A stretch of DNA of 20,581 nucleotides from Chthoniobacteraceae bacterium (lineage in GTDB: Bacteria > Verrucomicrobiota > Verrucomicrobiia > Chthoniobacterales > Chthoniobacteraceae). Positions within the stretch are counted from its first letter, which is position 1, and the number at the start of each line of letters is the position of its first letter. Where the stretch lies: assembly GCA_031409335.1 (NCBI GenBank), contig JANNWY010000221.1, positions 1 to 20,581 on the forward strand, written 5' to 3'. The translations under genes were made by a program, and so were the position numbers. This document shows, one piece after another, positions 15,737-20,581 of this stretch. The notes beneath the pieces were generated by a model. That model was not told the origin of the DNA, made no database searches, and worked only from the letters and a program-made list of their open reading frames with translations.

Positions 15737-17725
15737 ATGAACCTGAATACTGAAGCTCTCTCACGCGCGGCCAATGAAGCTCGCGGCCTCGCCATGGATG
15801 CGGTCCACAAGTGTTCCTCGGGGCATCTTGGCCTGCCCCTCGGATGTGCGGAAATTGGCGCGGTGTTGTTTGGCGCGGCGCTGAATTTCAATCCGGAAGA
15901 GCCGCGCTGGCTGAACCGCGACCGCTTCGTTCTCAGCGCGGGACACGGCTCGATGTTCCTCTACGGCTGGCTGCACCTCGCGGGCTATCCGCTGCTGACT
16001 TTGGAGCAGGTGAAGAATTTCCGCGCGATGGGTTCGCTCACCCCGGGCCATCCGGAAGCGCACGAGACGGACGGCGTGGAATGCACCACTGGCCCGCTCG
16101 GGCAGGGAGTGGCGAACGCGGTCGGGCTCGCCGTTTCCCAGAAAATGGCGGCGGCGCGCTACAACATGCCGGACTACCAGATTCTCGACAACCACGTGGT
16201 CGCGCTCGCCGGCGACGGTTGTTTGCAGGAAGGCGTGGCGATGGAAGCGGTGTCCTTCGCGGGGCACTACAAGCTCGACAACCTCGTGCTCATCTATGAC
16301 TCCAACGCGGTGACGCTCGATGCGATGGCGGACAAGTCGCAGAGCGAGGAGACGGCGAAGAAATTTGAAGCGCTCGAGTGGGATGTGCAGACGGTGGACG
16401 GGCACGACATGACGGCGTTTCTGAAGGCGTTTGAAGCGGCGAAAGCGGCAACAGGCAGACCGCAAATGATCATTGCGAAGACGCTGATCGGGAAGGGAAT
16501 CCCGGAGGTCGCGGGCACGGCGAAGGCACACGGCGAGGGTGGCGCGAAGTTCATCGATGCGGCGCGCAAGGCACTCGGTTTGCCCGAGGAACACTTCTAC
16601 GTATCGCCGGAAACGCGTGCGTATTTTGCGGAGCGAAAGGTGGCGCAAGCACAGGCGTTTGAGTTGTGGGAGACGAAGTTTGAAGTCTGGGCCGCGGCGC
16701 ATCCGGTGCGCGCGAAGGAACTTCAGGAAGCACTCGACAACGTGATCCCCGCGGACCTTTCGGCAAAGATTCCGGCGTTCCCGGCTGATTCGAAAATCGC
16801 GACGCGCAAGGCCGGGAGCGACGTGCTCCAGCCGATCGCCGCAGCGGTGCCCTCACTCATCGGCGGTAGCGCGGACCTCTATGGCTCGACGCTGAACTAC
16901 ATCAACGCCGACAAGGATTTTAACCCGGAAAACTGCGCCGGGCGGAACATCCGTTTCGGCATCCGTGAACACGCCATGTGCTCCATCATGAACGGCATCG
17001 CGTATGACGGCATATTCCGCCCGAGCGGCGCGACCTTCCTCGTCTTCGCGGACTACGCGCGTCCCGCGATCCGGCTCGCGGCGCTGTCGCACCTGCCGAC
17101 GATTTATATTTTCACGCACGATTCGGTCGGGGTGGGCGAGGATGGTCCGACGCATCAGCCGGTGGAGACGGTGGCGGGGCTGCGGGTCATTCCGAATCTG
17201 GATGTGATCCGGCCCGCCGATCCCGAGGAAACGGCGGGCGCATTCATCGCGGCGCTGAACCGGAAGACTGGCCCGACGCTGATCGCGCTGACCCGGCAGG
17301 CAGTCCCGATTTACAACGAAATCCCTGTCGCGACGCGGCGCGAGGGCGTGGCGAAGGGCGCTTACGTGGCCGTGAAAGAAACCGGTCCGCTCGAAGTCAT
17401 CCTGCTCAGCGCGGGCAGCGAGCTCGCGCATGTGGTCGCCGCGGCAAAGCAAATCGGTGGCGGGGCGCGCGTGGTGAGCGTGCCGTGCTTTGAGCGTTTC
17501 GAGCAGCAGTCCGCGGAATATCGGGAATCGGTGCTGCCGAATGCAGTGCGCAAACGCGTCGCGATCGAAGCGGGCGTATCTGATCCGTGGTTCCGCCTCG
17601 TCGGGCTGGATGGAAAGGTCGTCGGCATCAATCGCTTCGGCATCAGCGCGCCGGGCAATCAGGTGATGGAAACGCTCGGAATGACCGCGCAGTCAGTCGT
17701 CGATGCCGTGAAATCGCTCGGGTAG
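15737..17725 (+). CDS. tkt: Transketolase
   Basis: [42 protein letters not shown] and [16 protein letters not shown]. Confidence 0.97.
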   Translation: MNLNTEALSRAANEARGLAMDAVHKCSSGHLGLPLGCAEIGAVLFGAALNFNPEEPRWLNRDRFVLSAGHGSMFLYGWLHLAGYPLLTLEQVKNFRAMGSLTPGHPEAHETDGVECTTGPLGQGVANAVGLAVSQKMAAARYNMPDYQILDNHVVALAGDGCLQEGVAMEAVSFAGHYKLDNLVLIYDSNAVTLDAMADKSQSEETAKKFEALEWDVQTVDGHDMTAFLKAFEAAKAATGRPQMIIAKTLIGKGIPEVAGTAKAHGEGGAKFIDAARKALGLPEEHFYVSPETRAYFAERKVAQAQAFELWETKFEVWAAAHPVRAKELQEALDNVIPADLSAKIPAFPADSKIATRKAGSDVLQPIAAAVPSLIGGSADLYGSTLNYINADKDFNPENCAGRNIRFGIREHAMCSIMNGIAYDGIFRPSGATFLVFADYARPAIRLAALSHLPTIYIFTHDSVGVGEDGPTHQPVETVAGLRVIPNLDVIRPADPEETAGAFIAALNRKTGPTLIALTRQAVPIYNEIPVATRREGVAKGAYVAVKETGPLEVILLSAGSELAHVVAAAKQIGGGARVVSVPCFERFEQQSAEYRESVLPNAVRKRVAIEAGVSDPWFRLVGLDGKVVGINRFGISAPGNQVMETLGMTAQSVVDAVKSLG

Positions 17726-17809
17726 GCGGCCCCCGCGAAACATCGCGCTCACCAGCCCTTGGCGGCGGAGCGCTCGACAGGCCAGCCTCCCTTCCTCACA
17801 GCCCGCGGC

Positions 17810-18661
17810 TCAATTGGTCATCAGCACGATCGGTCCGAGCGGACTCGCGGCGCCGCCTGGCTGCTCGATGCTCACGGCAAATTTACCCGCGTTCGCGATT
17901 TCGCGGGTGGGTTTGAATTTCACGTCGAATTCCTGGCCAGCCTCCGCCGCGAAAACCCCCGCACTCACCGGCCCCTCGTAGCGCGGATCGATCACCCACA
18001 TTTGGTACACTTTGCCCGCCGCCGCTTGCGGCATTTTGTCAAAACGCATGACGCCATTCTGCCCGGACGCATCCCAAATTACGAATGCCGCGACATTTGC
18101 GTAAGCCTTTTCCAGCGCGGTCTTCTGCACTTTCAAGGTCGCGATCCGCACTTGGGAAATCGCGTCGCGCTGCCGCAGATCGTTCACGCGCTGCTCCATC
18201 GCCCCCCGTTCCTCTTTCAGTGCTGCGATGATCGCGGTGAGCCGCTGCTGTTCCGCGTCCGCCCGCTCCGTCCGGGAGTTGAGTTGCGTGATCCGTTCCG
18301 CGGAGTTGACCGATGCCACTTTCGCGCCCGCGAGAAAGCCCGCGGTCGCTGCGATGGCGATACTGGCGGCGAGCGCCCAAGGCATCCAGTTCGATTCGTT
18401 CGACTCAGCCTGCGCTGGCGAAGCCTGCCCGTGCGTGCGCTCCGAGCGGATCTGCGTGAGCAGGCGTGGCAGGATTTCGGAAGGCGCCTTCGCGGCAGGC
18501 AGCGCGAGGGTGATCGCCGCGGCAGCCTCGGCAATTTCATCAGCCATCAGCGCCAATTCCGGCGTGGCCGCGAGGGCCGCCTGAAACGTAGTCGCCTCCA
18601 CGCCGCGGAGCATCCCGAGCGCGTGCAGCGCGGCTTGATCCTGGAGTGTTTCGTCGATCAT
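17810..18661 (-). CDS. RskA-like anti-sigma factor
   Basis: N-terminal LHALGML...E, TM WALAASIAIAATAGFLAG, a coiled coil, and C-terminal YQMWVI...PVSAGVF...FAVSIEQPGG. ATG 18661 overlaps the sigma stop (ATGA). Confidence 0.9.
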   Translation of the reverse strand: MIDETLQDQAALHALGMLRGVEATTFQAALAATPELALMADEIAEAAAAITLALPAAKAPSEILPRLLTQIRSERTHGQASPAQAESNESNWMPWALAASIAIAATAGFLAGAKVASVNSAERITQLNSRTERADAEQQRLTAIIAALKEERGAMEQRVNDLRQRDAISQVRIATLKVQKTALEKAYANVAAFVIWDASGQNGVMRFDKMPQAAAGKVYQMWVIDPRYEGPVSAGVFAAEAGQEFDVKFKPTREIANAGKFAVSIEQPGGAASPLGPIVLMTN

Positions 18662-19236
18662 ACGCGCTCTCCCTTCAAATGATCCCGCAGCCGCAACAGC
18701 CCGCGCCGGATGCGCGCCTTGACCGTCCCAAGCGGCGCATTGAGGCGCTGCGCGATCTGCTCGTGCGTCAGCCCGCTGAAGAACGCCAGCTCGACCACCT
18801 GTTTCTGGTCGCCCGGGATTTCCGCCAACGCCGCGCGCACTTCCGCGCACTGCTCGCGCCGCACTGGCTCGCGCGACGAGACATCATCCGCATCCGTGAA
18901 ATGCAGAAACTCCGTCGTCGCCTTTTCCACGATCCGCGCCTGCCGCTGCCGCGTCCGCAGCCGGTCGATCGCCTTGTTCCGCACGATCATCACCGCCCAC
19001 GTGAACGGGCTGCTCCGCGCCGGATCGTACGTCCCCGCCTTTTTCCACATGTAGGAAAAGCCATCCTGCAAAACGTCCTGCGCCTCGCCCGCGTCGTTCA
19101 TCATTTTCAAAGCGAGCCCGAACAGCCCGTCCGCGCAGCGCTGGTAAAACTGCGCGAAAGCCTGCTCGTCGCCCTTCGCGATGCGGGCGAGCAGCTCCAC
19201 GTCGCGCTCCCGGTCGGGATTCGGCACCGCACTCAT
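18658..19236 (-). CDS. ECF sigma factor, SigK-like
   Basis: LLARIAKGDEQAF, DVLQDGF, W...IVRNKAIDRLR and LAFFSGLTHEQIA...PLGTVKARIRRGL. Start at ATG 19236. Confidence 0.92.
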   Translation of the reverse strand: MSAVPNPDRERDVELLARIAKGDEQAFAQFYQRCADGLFGLALKMMNDAGEAQDVLQDGFSYMWKKAGTYDPARSSPFTWAVMIVRNKAIDRLRTRQRQARIVEKATTEFLHFTDADDVSSREPVRREQCAEVRAALAEIPGDQKQVVELAFFSGLTHEQIAQRLNAPLGTVKARIRRGLLRLRDHLKGERV

Positions 19237-19331
19237 GCGCGGCTGGCACGGATCATGGAAAATGGCGGCGCTTTCACAGACGGTTTGGATAACTGCGCAA
19301 ACGGGCGCATGGCAAGCGGCGAACACAGCAG

Positions 19332-19361
19332 TTAGACGGGCGCTTCGGAGGGCTGGATGCA
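19332..19361 (-). promoter_or_regulatory. Candidate autoregulatory ECF promoter
   Basis: TGCATCC-N16-CGTCTAA, resembling SigK-type CATCC/CG promoters. Confidence 0.4.
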
Positions 19362-19380
19362 GCGAGGGATGTGATAATAA

Positions 19381-19433
19381 TCGTCCTCCTGCTCGTCCTC
19401 GAAAGCGCGGGAGTTTTCGAGGACGAGGACGAG
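19381..19433. repeat. REP-like palindrome built from CTCGTC/GACGAG hexamers
   Basis: CTCGTCCTCGAAA 19392..19404 / TTTCGAGGACGAG 19415..19427, with further hexamer units on both sides. Confidence 0.7.
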
Positions 19434-19483
19434 CCTCTTTGCGCCCTTCCCTGCGAAATTTTTGCGCCGCAAGTTTCCATTTT

Positions 19484-19639
19484 GCTGTTGGCGATGGTGC
19501 CGAAGTATTGCTGTCTCCATGCCTCGATGCGGGTCAGGCCCGTTCCCGTGAGCGCGAGGTCGAAAGGCGACTCGTCCGCGTCGTTGCTGGCGAGGTGCAG
19601 GGCGGCGGTGCGACTGCCACTCGCGCCGGGCGTGAACCG
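19484..19639 (-). pseudogene. Orphan fragment of a large surface protein (choice-of-anchor-D-like Ig domain end plus start of a C-terminal domain)
   Basis: Frame reads RFTPGASGSRTAALHLASNDADESPFDLALTGTGLTRIEAWRQQYFGTIANS. No start codon and no continuation. Confidence 0.7.
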
Positions 19640-19715
19640 CCCTGGCTCACCGTCGAGATGCCGCCGAACACTCTCCTCATCGGATAGCGTCTGCGCCGCA
19701 ACTTGCGAGCCGCGC

Positions 19716-20135
19716 TTAAATTCGCGGCGGCGGGTGTCTGTGGAAGCGTTTCTCTTCCGCGCGAATGGCGAGAATCAGTGGCCGATTCAGCTTCAAGAGT
19801 TCACCCGTCGCACGCCCGCAAGGCGTCAGGCCGAGAATCGTGGTGTCGGTCCACGCAAAATGCTCCGGCCACCGATCGCGTCTTGGATTGAAAAGCGGAG
19901 CCTGCGCACCCGTTGCGGGATCGACCGCGAATTGCCGCGCCCCCTTGCGCAGCGAGCAGGACACGCAGGCCAGCGCGAGATTCGCGGGCGATGTCTCCCC
20001 TCCGGCCACGACCGGCAGGATGTGATCGATGTGAAAAGTCGCAGCCTGTCCGTCCTGCGCCAGTCCGCAGTATTCGCACCGATTCCCGGCACGAAGGATC
20101 ACCGCCTGCCGCATCCCGGGCGGGACATGCCTCAT
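19716..20135 (-). CDS. HNH endonuclease family protein
   Basis: CEYC...FHIDHILP..GG....NLALACVSC, plus LFNPR..W..HF.W and GLTP.GRAT...L.LN. Confidence 0.9.
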   Translation of the reverse strand: MRHVPPGMRQAVILRAGNRCEYCGLAQDGQAATFHIDHILPVVAGGETSPANLALACVSCSLRKGARQFAVDPATGAQAPLFNPRRDRWPEHFAWTDTTILGLTPCGRATGELLKLNRPLILAIRAEEKRFHRHPPPRI

Positions 20136-20335
20136 GCAGCCGCGTTCTCGGAACGAAGCCGCAGCAAACTCAGAAACTCCGCGAGATTCACGAGACCTTC
20201 CGCTTCGCGCTGCTCGGCGGACGTGAGTTCCTCCCCGGTGCTTTGCTTGTCGAGAAGATCGTGCAGCCGGGCCTCCACGCCTTCCGGCAGGCGAAACTTC
20301 GCGACATCATCGGGGACTTCGAGTTCGAGAATCAT
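20132..20335 (-). CDS. Small acidic helical protein, putative antitoxin or partner of the HNH protein
   Basis: 67 aa, FRLP...RL..LLDKQ..GE.LT..E..E. ATGA overlap with the HNH gene. Confidence 0.75.
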   Translation of the reverse strand: MILELEVPDDVAKFRLPEGVEARLHDLLDKQSTGEELTSAEQREAEGLVNLAEFLSLLRLRSENAAA

Positions 20336-20494
20336 TGCCCGGCATGATTGCCCCGGATTCCATCACCGGCAACTGTTCTCTCACGGACGCTCGGGTTCGG
20401 GTGTGATTGAAAGTGCTGCAAAAGCGGCAGGGAATGGCAGCCCGGAAATCGCGGGCGACGAGCGTCGTGATGGCGCGTCCCGGTGGATGGCGTC

Positions 20495-20581
20495 GCTCCG
20501 TCGCGCCATGCCAACCACCGCGCGACAGCGCCCCTCTGAAAGATGGGCCTTCGGCGTGGCTTTGGCATGGCGCGACGGAGC
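20495..20581. repeat. REP-like inverted repeat, reaching the window end
   Basis: Perfect 20-bp arms GCTCCGTCGCGCCATGCCAA 20495..20514 / TTGGCATGGCGCGACGGAGC 20562..20581. Partial internal copy CGCGACAGCG at 20521. Confidence 0.8.

Noticed and set aside
1..20581. CRISPR array, rRNA or tRNA genes
   Set aside because: No regularly spaced direct repeats or conserved RNA gene signatures were seen.

Overview
GC-rich bacterial window whose gene content and repeat types suggest Verrucomicrobiota (PVC); the taxonomy is an inference. 1-4200: a lower-GC, decaying glycan-modification cluster on the minus strand. It has a gene truncated by a probable IS end, an exostosin/GT47-like gene split by one in-frame TGA, a HAD-type hydrolase that appears to need a CTG start, and a RAYT-like transposase relic. 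4300-10400: an unexplained structured intergenic element, hisS, cardiolipin synthase, and an ECF sigma factor coupled to a membrane anti-sigma/vWA (YfbK-like) protein. 10400-13600: three PEP-CTERM surface proteins with near-identical sorting tails, one with a complete sigma-54 promoter plus two enhancer-like dyads, and a second long hairpin element. 13700-20581: two back-to-back degenerate receiver proteins, transketolase, a SigK/RskA-like ECF pair, REP-like palindromes, an adhesin gene fragment and a small-protein/HNH two-gene module. No rRNA, tRNA or CRISPR array seen. All family calls come from motif recognition by eye, not from database searches.
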